A stretch of 64,000 nt of DNA from positions 1,984,001 through 2,048,000 of the forward strand of contig OZ219856.1 of NCBI GenBank assembly GCA_964291395.2, written 5' to 3'. Numbering within the stretch: position 1 is the stretch's first letter; each line of letters begins with the position of its first letter. The notes under the pieces are model-generated. The model worked only from the letters and a program-made list of their open reading frames with translations. It was not told where the DNA came from and made no database searches. A program made the translations under genes and the position numbers. Shown here in pieces: positions 1-10,457 of this stretch. This DNA comes from Alphaproteobacteria bacterium (GTDB taxonomy: Bacteria > Pseudomonadota > Alphaproteobacteria > UBA2966).

Positions 1-1
1 G

Positions 2-409
2 GCGGCTCACAAGACCAACGTCAGCGACCTCGACGGCATCGGCCGCGTGATGCCCATTACCATGTTCGCCTTTCTCGTCGGTGCACTAAGCGTGATTGGA
101 CTGCCTCCGCTAGGTGGCTCCTGGAGCAAATTCCTTCTGGCACTGGGTGCTGCCAGATCTGACCAGTACGTCTTCGTAGGTGTGCTGATGCTGAGCACTC
201 TCCTCAACGTGGCGTATCTTCTGCCTCCGGTGGTCCGCGCATTCTTTTTGCCGCCCCCGAGCGCTCCGGGTCAGCAAATTCCGTTCAACGAAGCGCCCCT
301 AGCCTGTCTCGCCGCCATTTGCGTCACGGCAGCGGGTTCGGTGCTGCTGTTCTTTTTCGCCGACCCCCTGTACGTCTTGCTTGAACCGATTGTCATCACA
401 ACGAGGTGA
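2..409 (+). CDS. mrpD: Mrp/Mnh Na+/H+ antiporter subunit D-like protein, C-terminal part (5' truncated by window edge)
   Basis: Open frame from base 2 (AAHKTNVSDLDGIGRVMP...). LSVIGLPPLGGSWSK motif of the MrpD/NuoM-N family; hydrophobic helices. Confidence 0.8.
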   Translation, partial: AAHKTNVSDLDGIGRVMPITMFAFLVGALSVIGLPPLGGSWSKFLLALGAARSDQYVFVGVLMLSTLLNVAYLLPPVVRAFFLPPPSAPGQQIPFNEAPLACLAAICVTAAGSVLLFFFADPLYVLLEPIVITTR

Positions 410-416
410 GTATCCC

Positions 417-734
417 GTGACACAGGGAACGCCGAAATCCGCGGGCACGCCGCCGGAAGCACCCGGTCATCCCGCCAAACCCTCCAGCGAGAGAGAGTAC
501 TGGCTGGACCGATCAAAGAACGTGGACAAAGTGTTCTACGGAACTTGCCTGCTGTGCGCGCTTGTCGCTGCGGCCGACCTGCTTGTGCACCGCCACCTAA
601 TTTTCTCGGTGGAAGCCCTGTTCGCCTTCTACGGCGTGTACGGTTTCGTTGCGTGCGTCGGCCTCGTGTTGGCAGCAAAGGAGTTGCGCAAGATCATAAA
701 ACGGGACGAGGCGTACTACGGCGATGACCGCTAG
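417..734 (+). CDS. Small two-TM membrane protein within the mrp operon
   Basis: GTG at 417 just after the upstream stop; WLD...FYGVYGFVACVGLVLAAKELRKIIKRDEAYY; overlaps the start of the next gene. Confidence 0.65.
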   Translation: MTQGTPKSAGTPPEAPGHPAKPSSEREYWLDRSKNVDKVFYGTCLLCALVAAADLLVHRHLIFSVEALFAFYGVYGFVACVGLVLAAKELRKIIKRDEAYYGDDR

Positions 735-2433
735 CGAATTTGCTCACAGCATCCCCCCCGGCTTCGTTCTGCTCATCGGGGCGGGGCTCGTTCCGCTTCT
801 CCGCGGCCGCCTCCGCGACGCCTACCTGCTTATGCTTCCCGTGGTCGGCCTGCTCCACCTCGTTTCACTGGAGACCGGCAGCCACGTCCAAACCAGCGTT
901 CTCAGCCTCGAAATCATAGTACTTCGTGTCGACCAGATCGCGCTGGTTTTCGGCTACATATTTTATATCGCGACCTTTGTCAGCGTCATTTATGCGCTGC
1001 ACGTCAAGAAAGCCTTCGAACATGTGGCGGCGCTCACATATGCCGGGTCTGCAATCGGTGCCGTTTTCGCCGGTGACCTCATAACCCTTTTCGTATTCTG
1101 GGAACTCACCGCGGTCACCTCGGTTTTCTTGATCTTCGGGCGACGAACTCCCCGCGCCTACCGGGCGGGCATGCGCTACCTGGTCGTCCAGATCGGCTCC
1201 GGCGTGCTCTTGTTGGCCGGGACCATCCTCCACTATCTGGACACAAATTCGGTGGAGTTCGGACACCTCGGCATAGTGAGCCCCGCGACGACGTTGATTT
1301 TCATCGCATTCGGGGTCAAGTGCGCTTTCCCGTTGCTGCACAACTGGCTACAGGATGCTTATCCCGAGGCGACGGTCACGGGCACCGTATTTCTGTCGGC
1401 ATTCACAACCAAACTCGCCGTCTATGCCTTAGCCCGGGGCTACGCGGGAACAGAGATGCTCGTATGGATCGGCGCCACTATGACCGCCTTCCCGATATTC
1501 TACGCGGTGATCGAGAACGATCTCCGTCGGGTGCTCGCTTACAGCCTGAACAACCAGCTCGGCTTCATGGTCACGGGCATCGGCATCGGAACGGAGATGG
1601 CCCTGAACGGAACGATCTCACATGCCTTTTCGCACATTTTGTACAAGGCTCTGTTGTTCATGTCGATGGGCGCGGTGCTGTACCGAGTCGGCACTATAAA
1701 GGGCTCCGAGCTCGGCGGACTGTACAAGTCGATGCCGTGGACGGCGACATTCTGCATCGTGGGCGCCGCCTCGATCTCGGCGTTTCCCCTTTTCAGCGGC
1801 TTCATCTCCAAGGCGCTGATCATCACCGCGGCAGCGGAAAACGGTTATTTCATAACCTGGCTCATCCTGCTCTTCGCCAGTGCAGGCGTTTTTCACCATT
1901 CCGGCATCAAGATTCCGTATTTCGCGTTCTTCGCCCACGACTCCGGAAAACGCTGCGAAGAAGCACCTCGAAACATGCTCGTCGCCATGGCAATTGCCGC
2001 CGCCTTGTGCATTGGGATCGGCGTGTATCCGAACGTACTGTACAGCATCCTGCCATTCCCGGTGGATTTCCAGCCCTATACGCCCACGCACGTGTTGACC
2101 CAGCTTCAACTCTTGCTCTTTTCCGCCCTTGCCTTCGCAGTTCTCATCAGAACGGGCATCTATCCTCCTGAGCTCAAGTCGACAAACCTCGACTCCGACT
2201 GGTTCTATCGGCGCCTTGGCCCGCTTGCGGTCGGCGCCGTGTTGCGCCGGGTCGATCACGCGGCGGGTCTCCTGAAGAACGGCGTGAAGACGCAACTCAA
2301 GGAACTCGTCGACGGAATCTCCCGCCACCACGGGCCGGAAGGCGCCATGGCGCGCACCTGGCCGACCGGGGCGACGGCGCTCTGGGTCGCCATCCTGCTG
2401 GGCGCATTCCTGATCGCGTCCTTCTACGTCTAG
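724..2433 (+). CDS. mrpD: Na+/H+ antiporter subunit D (Mrp family, proton-translocating membrane subunit)
   Basis: 569 aa polytopic protein; DLITLFVFWE, FPLLHNWLQDAYPEA, LAYS and FPLFSGFISK motifs. Confidence 0.85.
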   Translation: MTASEFAHSIPPGFVLLIGAGLVPLLRGRLRDAYLLMLPVVGLLHLVSLETGSHVQTSVLSLEIIVLRVDQIALVFGYIFYIATFVSVIYALHVKKAFEHVAALTYAGSAIGAVFAGDLITLFVFWELTAVTSVFLIFGRRTPRAYRAGMRYLVVQIGSGVLLLAGTILHYLDTNSVEFGHLGIVSPATTLIFIAFGVKCAFPLLHNWLQDAYPEATVTGTVFLSAFTTKLAVYALARGYAGTEMLVWIGATMTAFPIFYAVIENDLRRVLAYSLNNQLGFMVTGIGIGTEMALNGTISHAFSHILYKALLFMSMGAVLYRVGTIKGSELGGLYKSMPWTATFCIVGAASISAFPLFSGFISKALIITAAAENGYFITWLILLFASAGVFHHSGIKIPYFAFFAHDSGKRCEEAPRNMLVAMAIAAALCIGIGVYPNVLYSILPFPVDFQPYTPTHVLTQLQLLLFSALAFAVLIRTGIYPPELKSTNLDSDWFYRRLGPLAVGAVLRRVDHAAGLLKNGVKTQLKELVDGISRHHGPEGAMARTWPTGATALWVAILLGAFLIASFYV

Positions 2434-2459
2434 AGGCGGGTTCGGAACGGGATCACGAC

Positions 2460-3272
2460 ATGAAATGGGACTTTGAAGAGAAGGTTGCCGTCATCACGGG
2501 GGCGGGCAAAGGCATCGGCGCGGCCACCGCCCGAGGTATCGCCGAGGGCGGTGGCCGGGTGGCCGTGCTCGATATCGACGGAGACGCGGGACAAGCCGTT
2601 GCCGACGAACTGGGAGAAGCGGGCAGGTTCTTCAAGGCGGACGTGACCGACCGAAACGGCATTGGGGCCACGATCGATGCCGTTGCCGCTCACTTCGGCG
2701 GCATCGATATCCTGGTGAACAACGCGGGCGTCGTGACGCGGCACACCATCGCCAACATGCCGCCGGAGAACTGGGACCGCACGATGTCGATCAATCTGAC
2801 CGCCGTGTTCGACTGCACCCGGGCGGCGCTACCGCACCTCAAGGCGCGGGGCGGCGGGGCGATCGTGAACGTCTGCTCCATCTCCGGCCACCGGTTCTCG
2901 CTGATCGGCGGCGTGGACTACACCTCGACCAAGTGGGCGGTGCGCGGCCTCACCCGTCAGTCGGCCTACGAACTGGCGCAGTACGGCATCCGGGTCAACG
3001 CCCTGTGTCCCGGTCCGACACTCACACCGCTCGTGCACGGTTCCATGACCCGGGAGGAGATCGACCGGGCCGCCAGGAGCTTTCCCCTCGGCGACTGGGT
3101 CGACCCCCGGGACATCGCCAACGGCGCCCTCTTCCTGGCAAGCCCCGCGTCCCGTATGTGCACGGGCATCGATCTCATCATGGACGGCGGCTTCCTTCTG
3201 GTCGGCTCGCAGTCGATCGAGGAATACATGGAGGTGCGCGGGGACGTCGCGGCGGGCGGGAAACAGGCCTGA
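2460..3272 (+). CDS. Short-chain dehydrogenase/reductase (classical SDR)
   Basis: TGAGKGIG, NNAG, YTSTK (YxxxK), RVNALCPG. Confidence 0.93.
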   Translation: MKWDFEEKVAVITGAGKGIGAATARGIAEGGGRVAVLDIDGDAGQAVADELGEAGRFFKADVTDRNGIGATIDAVAAHFGGIDILVNNAGVVTRHTIANMPPENWDRTMSINLTAVFDCTRAALPHLKARGGGAIVNVCSISGHRFSLIGGVDYTSTKWAVRGLTRQSAYELAQYGIRVNALCPGPTLTPLVHGSMTREEIDRAARSFPLGDWVDPRDIANGALFLASPASRMCTGIDLIMDGGFLLVGSQSIEEYMEVRGDVAAGGKQA

Positions 3273-3279
3273 GGAGCCC

Positions 3280-3352
3280 GGAGCGGTCCCGGTTCGGCCG
3301 GAACCGCTCCCGTCACCCTCATCCTATCCCTCTCCCTGACAGGGAGGGGGAA
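3280..3352. repeat. Hairpin followed by a REP-like CCCTC-type palindromic element
   Basis: GGAGCGGT...ACCGCTCC stem (3280-3310), then CCCTCATCCTATCCCTCTCCCTGACAGGGAGGGG (from 3316), resembling the CCCTCACCCTAACCCTCTCCC-N-GGGAGAGG intergenic repeat common in Proteobacteria. Confidence 0.55.
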
Positions 3353-3440
3353 CCGCCGCGCCGCACCCGGGCGCGGTATTGCGGCGCTGCCACGCCAGGG
3401 ATAGGGTCGCCCACGACAACGGCCGTGAAAGGGGATCACC

Positions 3441-4025
3441 ATGGACATGACCGGCGAATACACGATTCCCGCCCCTCGCGAGAAGGTATGGGAAGCCCTC
3501 AACGACGCGGAAGTGCTCAAGGCCTCCGTTCCCGGTTGCGAGACGCTCGAAAAAGTTTCCGATACCGAGTTCACGGCGACCGTCATGTCCAAGGTAGGAC
3601 CCGTGCGGGCGAAGTTTAACGGCCGCGTGACGCTGTCGGACATCGACCCGCCGAACGGATACACCATTTCCGGCGAAGGCCAGGGTGGCGCGGCCGGGTT
3701 CGCCAAGGGCGGGGCCAAGGTCTCGCTGACCAGCGAGAACGGCGGGACCGTGTTGCGCTATGAAGCCAATGCCTCGGTCGGTGGCAAGATGGCGCAGATC
3801 GGCTCGCGCGTCGTCGAAGGCGTGGCCAAGAAGACGGCCGACGACTTCTTCGCGACATTCGTGGAACAGGTCGCCCCGAGCGGCGAGGCGGCAGAGAAGG
3901 CCGCTGCCGCTCCAGCGGGAGCACCGGTGGAGGCCGCACCTGCGGCCGAGTCCGGCATCCCCACGTGGGCCTGGGCGGTCGGCCTCATAGTCATCGTCGG
4001 AATCGGGCTGGTCGTCTTTTCGTAG
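3441..4025 (+). CDS. coxG: CoxG / SRPBCC-fold protein with C-terminal membrane anchor
   Basis: MDMTGEYTIPAPREKVWEALND..VPGCE, GGKMAQIGSR; Ala/Pro linker; terminal TM helix; upstream of coxSLM. Confidence 0.9.
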   Translation: MDMTGEYTIPAPREKVWEALNDAEVLKASVPGCETLEKVSDTEFTATVMSKVGPVRAKFNGRVTLSDIDPPNGYTISGEGQGGAAGFAKGGAKVSLTSENGGTVLRYEANASVGGKMAQIGSRVVEGVAKKTADDFFATFVEQVAPSGEAAEKAAAAPAGAPVEAAPAAESGIPTWAWAVGLIVIVGIGLVVFS

Positions 4026-4092
4026 CCGGCGCGCTTCGCGGACCGAAACCGGAAGGGGCATGCCGGCCGATACGTTCCGGCGGATTCATTCC

Positions 4093-4121
4093 TTGACCTG
4101 ACCTAGCCCGAGTCGGACACT
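4093..4121 (+). promoter_or_regulatory. Putative sigma70 promoter of coxSLM
   Basis: TTGACC-N17-GACACT about 85 bp upstream of the coxS start, which has a GGAGG RBS. Confidence 0.35.
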
Positions 4122-4206
4122 ATTCCGTACAGGGAGGAACTGCCGACGCACCCGCCTCGGCCGCACCTCCATATGGCGAATTGCAAAGGGTTCTAGGGAG
4201 GATCAC

Positions 4207-4674
4207 ATGCCCACCGTTTCCCTTACGGTGAACGGCAAGGTGGTATCGGCCGAGGTCGAGAATCGCACCTTACTCGTTCAACTTCTTCGCGAAAAACTTG
4301 GACTTACGGGCACCCACGTCGGTTGCGATACCAGCCAGTGCGGTGCCTGCGTCGTTCACATCGATGGCGATGCGGTGAAGTCCTGCACCACTCTCGCGTT
4401 GCAGGTGGAAGGCGCGGACGTGACAACCATCGAGGGCTTGGCAACCAACGGTGAACTTCACCCCATGCAGGAGGCTTTCCGCGACAATCACGCCCTGCAG
4501 TGCGGATTCTGCACGCCCGGCATGGTGATGGCCGCCATCGACCTGGTGAACAAGAACCCGAATCCGGACGAACAGACGGTTCGGAGCGAGCTCGAGGGAA
4601 ACCTCTGCCGCTGCACGGGATACCACAATATCGTCAAGGCGATCATCGCCGGCGGCCAGGCAATGGGAGGCTGA
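4207..4674 (+). CDS. coxS: (2Fe-2S) small subunit of CO dehydrogenase/xanthine oxidase family enzyme
   Basis: [20 protein letters not shown] and NLCRCTGY motifs. Confidence 0.95.
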   Translation: MPTVSLTVNGKVVSAEVENRTLLVQLLREKLGLTGTHVGCDTSQCGACVVHIDGDAVKSCTTLALQVEGADVTTIEGLATNGELHPMQEAFRDNHALQCGFCTPGMVMAAIDLVNKNPNPDEQTVRSELEGNLCRCTGYHNIVKAIIAGGQAMGG

Positions 4675-4675
4675 C

Positions 4676-7027
4676 ATGGCGGAGAATGGAATCGGCGCGC
4701 GCTCGCTCCGCAAAGAAGATGCGCGGTTTCTCAGGGGAAGCGGCAACTACGTAGACGACATCAACCGGCCCGGACAGGCGTACGCGGCTTTCGTCCGCTC
4801 GCCTCACGCCCACGCCAGGATCGAGAAGATCGACACGTCGAGGGCCGCCGAGGCATCGGGCGTCGTCGGCGTCTTCACCGGGGACGATCTGGCGGCCGAC
4901 GGCGTCGGCGGCCTGATCTGCGGCTGGATGGTCACCGACAGGAACGGCGAGAACATGAAAGCGCCGCCCCACCCGGCCCTGGCCCAGGGCAAAGTCAATT
5001 ACGTAGGCGATCATGTGGCCATCGTGATCGCGAATACGCTCGCTGAGGCGCGCGATGCCGCAGAACTGGTCGAGGTCGACTACGGCGTCCTGCCCGCCAA
5101 TGTCGATACCGACAAGGCCGATGCGGACGGGACGCCGCAGATCCACGACGACATTCCCGGCAACATGAGCTACGACTGGGAACTGGGCGACGCCGCGGCC
5201 GTCGACGAGGCGATCGAGAGCGCCGCGCACGTCACGACGCTCGAGATCGTCAACAACCGGCTCATCCCGAACGCGATCGAGCCACGCTCGGCGATCGGCG
5301 AGTACGATCCGGCGAGCGACGCCTTCACGCTCTACACCACCAGTCAGAACCCGCACGTGGCGCGCTTGGTGTTGTCGGCATTCTGTGCCATCGCGCCGGA
5401 GCACAAACTCCGGGTGGTGGCCCCCGACGTCGGTGGCGGATTCGGCTCCAAGATCTTCATCTACGCCGAAGAAACCGTCTGCACGTGGGCCTCGAAGAAG
5501 GTCGGCCGCCCCGTGAAGTGGACGGCAGACCGGTCGGAGTCGTTCGTGTCCGACGCGCACGGACGCGACCATGTGACCAAGGCCGAACTGGCGCTCGACT
5601 CGGACGGCAAGTTCACGGCCCTTCGCGTCAGCACCAAGGCCAGCATGGGCGCCTACCTGTCCACGTTCGCCTCGTGCGTGCCGACGTACCTGTACGGCAC
5701 GCTTCTGGCGGGCCAGTACACGACGCCGACGATCTATTGCAACGTGAAGGCACTCTTCACGAATACGGCGCCGGTGGACGCCTATCGGGGAGCCGGGCGG
5801 CCGGAGGCCACTTACCTCCTTGAACGCCTGGTCGAGGTGGCTGCCCGCGAAACGGGAACCGATCCGGCGGAGCTTCGGAAGAAGAACTTCATCCCGCCGG
5901 ACGCCTTCCCGTACACCACACCGGTGGTGCTGGCCTACGACTCTGGCAGTTACGAAGCCGTCCTGGACAAGGCGTGCGACATCGCGGACTACAGGGGCTT
6001 CGCCGAGCGCAGGGAGGAGGCCAAGACACGCGGCAAGCTGCGCGGCATCGGCTTCTCGAGCTACATCGAGGCCTGCGGCATCGCACCATCCGCCGCGGTG
6101 GGCTCGCTCGGCGCCGGCGTCGGCCTGTGGGAAGGCGCGCAGGTTCGCTTCAATCCCACGGGCAGCGTCACGGTGTTCACGGGATCCCATGCCCACGGAC
6201 AGGGTCACGAGACGACCTTCGCGCAAGTGGTGGCCGACAAGCTTGGCGTCGATTTCGAGAACGTCGAGGTCGTCCACGGCGACACGGACAAGGGCCCCTT
6301 CGGCATGGGTACTTACGGGTCCCGGTCGATCGCGGTCGGCGGGTCCGCCATCATCTCGGCGTGCGACAAGCTTATCGAGAAGGGCAAGAAAATCGCGGCC
6401 CACGCGCTCGAGGCTTCGGAGTCGGACATCGAGTACGACGGCGGCACCTTCAGCGTTGCAGGCACCGACCGGAGCATGTCGATGGGCGAAATCGCCTTCG
6501 CGGCCTATGTCCCGCACAACTATCCGGAGGGCCTGGAGCCGGGATTCGAAGAGTCGGCGTTTTACGATCCCGTCAACTTCACCTTCCCTGCGGGCACGCA
6601 GATCTGCGAGGTCGAAGTCGACCCGGATACCGGCGAGGTCGAGATCATCAAATTCTCGGCGGTCGACGATGTCGGAACGGTCATCAATCCGATGATCGTC
6701 GAAGGCCAGGTTCATGGCGGCGTCACGCAGGGAATCGGACAAGCCCTTCTCGAGAACGGCGTGTACGACGGAGATACCGGCCAGCTGGTGAGCGGATCCT
6801 ACAATGACTACACCATGCCGCGGGCGGACGACGTGCCGACTTACGATGTCGAGATGTACGAGACACCCTGTCCGCACAATCCTTTGGGCGTGAAGGGCTG
6901 TGGCGAGGTGGGCGCCATCGCCGCGCCACCAGCCGTGATCAATGCAATCACCGACGCTCTCGGCACCGAAGACATCGACATGCCGGCGACACCCGAACGG
7001 GTGTGGCAAGCTCTGGCCCAGGCCTAG
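4676..7027 (+). CDS. coxL: Molybdopterin-binding large subunit, form II CoxL-like
   Basis: VGGGFGSK, active-site loop AYRGAGR (form II, not form I AYXCSFR), GQGHET, GTYGSRS, GQVHGG, KGCGE. Confidence 0.93.
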   Translation: MAENGIGARSLRKEDARFLRGSGNYVDDINRPGQAYAAFVRSPHAHARIEKIDTSRAAEASGVVGVFTGDDLAADGVGGLICGWMVTDRNGENMKAPPHPALAQGKVNYVGDHVAIVIANTLAEARDAAELVEVDYGVLPANVDTDKADADGTPQIHDDIPGNMSYDWELGDAAAVDEAIESAAHVTTLEIVNNRLIPNAIEPRSAIGEYDPASDAFTLYTTSQNPHVARLVLSAFCAIAPEHKLRVVAPDVGGGFGSKIFIYAEETVCTWASKKVGRPVKWTADRSESFVSDAHGRDHVTKAELALDSDGKFTALRVSTKASMGAYLSTFASCVPTYLYGTLLAGQYTTPTIYCNVKALFTNTAPVDAYRGAGRPEATYLLERLVEVAARETGTDPAELRKKNFIPPDAFPYTTPVVLAYDSGSYEAVLDKACDIADYRGFAERREEAKTRGKLRGIGFSSYIEACGIAPSAAVGSLGAGVGLWEGAQVRFNPTGSVTVFTGSHAHGQGHETTFAQVVADKLGVDFENVEVVHGDTDKGPFGMGTYGSRSIAVGGSAIISACDKLIEKGKKIAAHALEASESDIEYDGGTFSVAGTDRSMSMGEIAFAAYVPHNYPEGLEPGFEESAFYDPVNFTFPAGTQICEVEVDPDTGEVEIIKFSAVDDVGTVINPMIVEGQVHGGVTQGIGQALLENGVYDGDTGQLVSGSYNDYTMPRADDVPTYDVEMYETPCPHNPLGVKGCGEVGAIAAPPAVINAITDALGTEDIDMPATPERVWQALAQA

Positions 7028-7053
7028 GCAGCGCGGAGAAGGAGGAAATAGCA

Positions 7054-7845
7054 ATGTATGACTTCACGTATCACCGCGCATCCGATGTCGCGGACGCGGT
7101 CAGCAAGGTGAGGGGCACCGGCGAAGGTCGGTTCCTGGCCGGAGGCCACACGTTGATCCCGACTCTGAAGCTGCGCTTGGCAAAACCCTCCGATCTGGTG
7201 GATTTGCAGGGTATCGCAAACCTGCAGGGCATCTCGGCCTCGGACGACGGGGTCACAGTCAAGGCCATGACCACCCATGCGACCGTGGCCGAGTCGAAAG
7301 ACGTGCAGGACACAATTCCGGCGCTGGCGTCGCTCGCCGGCGGGATCGGCGACCCGCACGTCCGGGCCCGGGGGACCATCGGCGGCTCCATCGCCAACAA
7401 CGACCCGGCGGCCGACTATCCCGCGGCCGTGGTGGGACTCGGCGCCACGGTGAAGACCGACCAGCGCGACATCGCCGGCGACGACTTTTTCACCGGCATG
7501 TTCGAGACGGCGCTCAGTGACGATGAGCTTATCACGGAGGTGAGCTTCCCCAAGGCGAACAAAGCCGCGTACTACAAGTTCAAGAACCCCGCCTCCCGTT
7601 TTGCCATCGTCGGCGTGTTCGTCGCCCAAACAGGCGGCGGCGTCCGGGTGACCGTCACGGGGGCCGCACCTTGCGTGTTTCGCGTCAGTGAGATGGAAGA
7701 AGCGCTGGCCGGCAACTTCTCGTCCGATGCGATCAAAGACATCAAAGTCCCCGAGGATGGTCTCAACTCGGACATCCACGCTCAAGCGGACTACAGGGCG
7801 CACCTCGTAAACGTTTGCGCTCGGCGTGCCGTCGACGCCTGTTGA
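7054..7845 (+). CDS. coxM: FAD-binding medium subunit
   Basis: ATG at 7054 after AGGAGG; LAGGHTLIP, RGTIGGSIANNDPAAD. Confidence 0.93.
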   Translation: MYDFTYHRASDVADAVSKVRGTGEGRFLAGGHTLIPTLKLRLAKPSDLVDLQGIANLQGISASDDGVTVKAMTTHATVAESKDVQDTIPALASLAGGIGDPHVRARGTIGGSIANNDPAADYPAAVVGLGATVKTDQRDIAGDDFFTGMFETALSDDELITEVSFPKANKAAYYKFKNPASRFAIVGVFVAQTGGGVRVTVTGAAPCVFRVSEMEEALAGNFSSDAIKDIKVPEDGLNSDIHAQADYRAHLVNVCARRAVDAC

Positions 7846-7873
7846 CATCCGGACGCGTTCAAACGTCTATTGG

Positions 7874-7901
7874 AGAGGGGAGCATCGCCTCCCCTCTTTT
7901 T
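7874..7901 (+). terminator. Rho-independent terminator after coxM
   Basis: AGAGGGGAG-catcgc-CTCCCCTCT followed by a T run. Confidence 0.7.
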
Positions 7902-7923
7902 GTATCCGAATTCCGGAACCGAG

Positions 7924-8856
7924 ATGGCGAAACCGCGCCCGTTGCCTGATTCCATCGACGGCACCGAAGCCTTGCTTCGGGAAGGCGACTACCTAGCCGA
8001 CCGCAGCTTGGCGACGACCCTGTTCCTCAGCCTGAAGATGGGCCGCCCGCTGTTCCTTGAAGGCGAGGCCGGCGTCGGCAAGACGGAGATCGCCAATGTT
8101 CTGTCCGCTACGACCGGACGCCGTCTCGTGCGCCTACAGTGTTACGAGGGCCTCGACATCTCCTCGGCGGTGTACGAGTGGAACTATGCCGCCCAGATGA
8201 TCGAGATCCGCATGGCCGAGGCAGAAGGCGTCAGCGACCGGGAGCGGCTCGGCGACGACGTGTTCTCGGAGCGTTTCCTGATCAAGCGGCCCCTGCTGCA
8301 CGCCCTGGAGCCCGATGCGGCGGGCGCGCCGGTTTTGCTCATCGACGAACTCGACCGTACAGACGAGCCCTTCGAGGCCTACCTGCTCGAGGTGCTCGCC
8401 GACTTCCAAATCACGATTCCGGAGATCGGAACAATCTCGGCGCCGGAACCGCCCGTCGTCGTCATCACGTCGAACCGGACGCGGGAGGTCCACGACGCAC
8501 TCAAGCGGCGGTGCCTCTATCACTGGGTCGACTATCCCAATACGCAGCGGGAGCTCGACATCGTGCGCCTCAAGGTGCCCGGCGCCGAGGACCGGTTGAG
8601 TCGGGAAGTCGTGGGTTTCGTTCAGGAGCTGCGCCGCACCGATCTGTTCAAGCTGCCCGGAATCGCCGAGACGATCGACTGGGCTACGGCGCTGACACAG
8701 TTGGACAAGCTGTCCCTCGATCCCGAGACGATCAACGACACGCTCGGCGCCCTCCTCAAATACCAGGACGATATCGCCAAGATTCAGGGCAGCGAGGCCG
8801 CGCGGCTTCTGAATACGGTGAACGCCGAGTTGGCGGCGGCAGGCGCCGCGGAGTAG
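7924..8856 (+). CDS. coxD: MoxR-family AAA+ ATPase
   Basis: Walker A GEAGVGKT, RLQCYEG, Walker B LLIDELD, TSNRTRE, DALKRRC. Confidence 0.92.
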   Translation: MAKPRPLPDSIDGTEALLREGDYLADRSLATTLFLSLKMGRPLFLEGEAGVGKTEIANVLSATTGRRLVRLQCYEGLDISSAVYEWNYAAQMIEIRMAEAEGVSDRERLGDDVFSERFLIKRPLLHALEPDAAGAPVLLIDELDRTDEPFEAYLLEVLADFQITIPEIGTISAPEPPVVVITSNRTREVHDALKRRCLYHWVDYPNTQRELDIVRLKVPGAEDRLSREVVGFVQELRRTDLFKLPGIAETIDWATALTQLDKLSLDPETINDTLGALLKYQDDIAKIQGSEAARLLNTVNAELAAAGAAE

Positions 8857-8865
8857 CCCGCCGCG

Positions 8866-10116
8866 ATGTCCAGCTGCGGCACCGATGACGTGGCGGAACA
8901 GCCGGAAGAACAGGGGCGGTTCGCCCAGAACATCGTGCACTTCGGGCGCGTCCTGCGCGCAGCGGGGCTGCCCGTCGGGCCCGGCAAGATCATCGACGCC
9001 ACACGCGCCGTCGAAGCCGCAGGCATTACCAGCCGAGATGATTTTTACTGGACGCTCCATTCGGTGTTCGTCAACCGCAGGGATCAGCGTGAAATCTTCG
9101 ACCAGGCGTTCCACGTGTTCTGGCGCAACCCGAAGATCCTCGAGCGCATGATGTCGCTGATGCTGCCGACCATTCAGGCCGACGGTGAAGCCGAACGCGA
9201 CACGCCGAGCCGCCGATTGCTGGACGCGCTTTTTCCAGGACGCGGCGAGGGAGGCGACGACGAGGAGTCCGGCGAAATCGTCGGAGATGCGGCCGGGACG
9301 TACTCGCAACGGGAAATCCTGCAATCCATGGACTTCGAGTCCATGTCGGCCGACGAGATCGCCGAGGCCAAGGCCATCATCTCCCGCATGCGGCTTCCGA
9401 TCATGCAGGTGCCGACGCGGCGGTTCGCGCCCGATCCACGCGGTGGGCGGATCGACATGCGGGCCACACTGCGCTCGGCGCTGCGTTCCGGCACCGACAC
9501 CATCCCCCTGAAACGCTCGGCACGGCGGCAGCGTCATCCGCCGCTCGTGGTATTGTGCGACATATCCGGCTCGATGAGTCGGTACTCGCGGATGCTGCTC
9601 CACTTCCTCCACGCCATCACGAACGATCGTGACCGCGTCTTCACCTTCGTCTTCGGAACGCGTCTCACCAACATCACCCGATTTCTGCGCTACCGGGACG
9701 TCGATGTCGCGCTGGAGAAAGTCGCCGAGAACGTCGAGGACTGGTCGGGCGGCACCCGCATCGGCCACTGCGTCAAGGAATTCAATGCCCGCTGGTCGCG
9801 ACGTGTCCTCGGGCAGGGAGCGCTTGTCCTCCTCATCTCCGACGGCCTCGACCGGGACTCCGGTGAAGGCCTCGAAGTGGAGATCGAACGCCTTCACAAG
9901 TCGTGCCGACGGTTGATCTGGCTCAATCCCCTCTTGCGCTACGAGGGCTTCGAGCCAAAATCACTGGGTGTGCGAGCGATCCTGCCCCACGTGGATGAGT
10001 TTCGTACCGTGCACAACCTGCAGAGCCTGCGCGACGTGGCACAGGCTCTGGCGCGCGAAATGCCGCGCACGGAAGAAGGCCACATGGATCAATTTGCGGG
10101 AGAAAGGGCCGCGTGA
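8866..10116 (+). CDS. coxE: VWA-domain protein CoxE
   Basis: MIDAS DISGSM, WSGGTRIG, ISDGLD, WLNPL; follows the MoxR ATPase. Confidence 0.92.
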   Translation: MSSCGTDDVAEQPEEQGRFAQNIVHFGRVLRAAGLPVGPGKIIDATRAVEAAGITSRDDFYWTLHSVFVNRRDQREIFDQAFHVFWRNPKILERMMSLMLPTIQADGEAERDTPSRRLLDALFPGRGEGGDDEESGEIVGDAAGTYSQREILQSMDFESMSADEIAEAKAIISRMRLPIMQVPTRRFAPDPRGGRIDMRATLRSALRSGTDTIPLKRSARRQRHPPLVVLCDISGSMSRYSRMLLHFLHAITNDRDRVFTFVFGTRLTNITRFLRYRDVDVALEKVAENVEDWSGGTRIGHCVKEFNARWSRRVLGQGALVLLISDGLDRDSGEGLEVEIERLHKSCRRLIWLNPLLRYEGFEPKSLGVRAILPHVDEFRTVHNLQSLRDVAQALAREMPRTEEGHMDQFAGERAA

Positions 10117-10457
10117 TGACACGGCAGCAATCGCAACACGCCTGGCAGGAAGACGTCCTCGGCCAGGCTGCCGAATGGAAATCCCAGGGAGACGACGTCG
10201 CGCTTGCCACGGTCGTGACCACCTGGGGTTCATCGCCCCGCCCCGTCGGTAGCCAGCTCGCCGTCCACGGAGACGGCAAATTCGTCGGCTCCGTGTCCGG
10301 CGGCTGTATCGAAGGCGCCGTGGTGCTGGAAGCTCTCAAGACCATGGACGACGGAGAGCCGCGGCTGCTCGATTTCGGCGTGACCCACGAGCAGGCCTGG
10401 GAAGTCGGCTTGGCCTGCGGGGGCAAAGTCCAGGTATTCGTCGAGAAACTGAAATGA
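10113..10457 (+). CDS. xdhC: XdhC/CoxI family protein, N-terminal half (split xdhC)
   Basis: ATVVTTWGSSPRPVG, GSVSGGCIE, GLACGG. Confidence 0.9.
   Translation: MMTRQQSQHAWQEDVLGQAAEWKSQGDDVALATVVTTWGSSPRPVGSQLAVHGDGKFVGSVSGGCIEGAVVLEALKTMDDGEPRLLDFGVTHEQAWEVGLACGGKVQVFVEKLK

Noticed and set aside
4676-7027. Bona fide (form I) CO dehydrogenase
   Set aside because: The active-site loop is AYRGAGR and the gene order is S-L-M, both form II traits.
4643-9897. Antisense ORFs of 803 and 587 aa over the cox genes
   Set aside because: Same shadow-ORF artefact.
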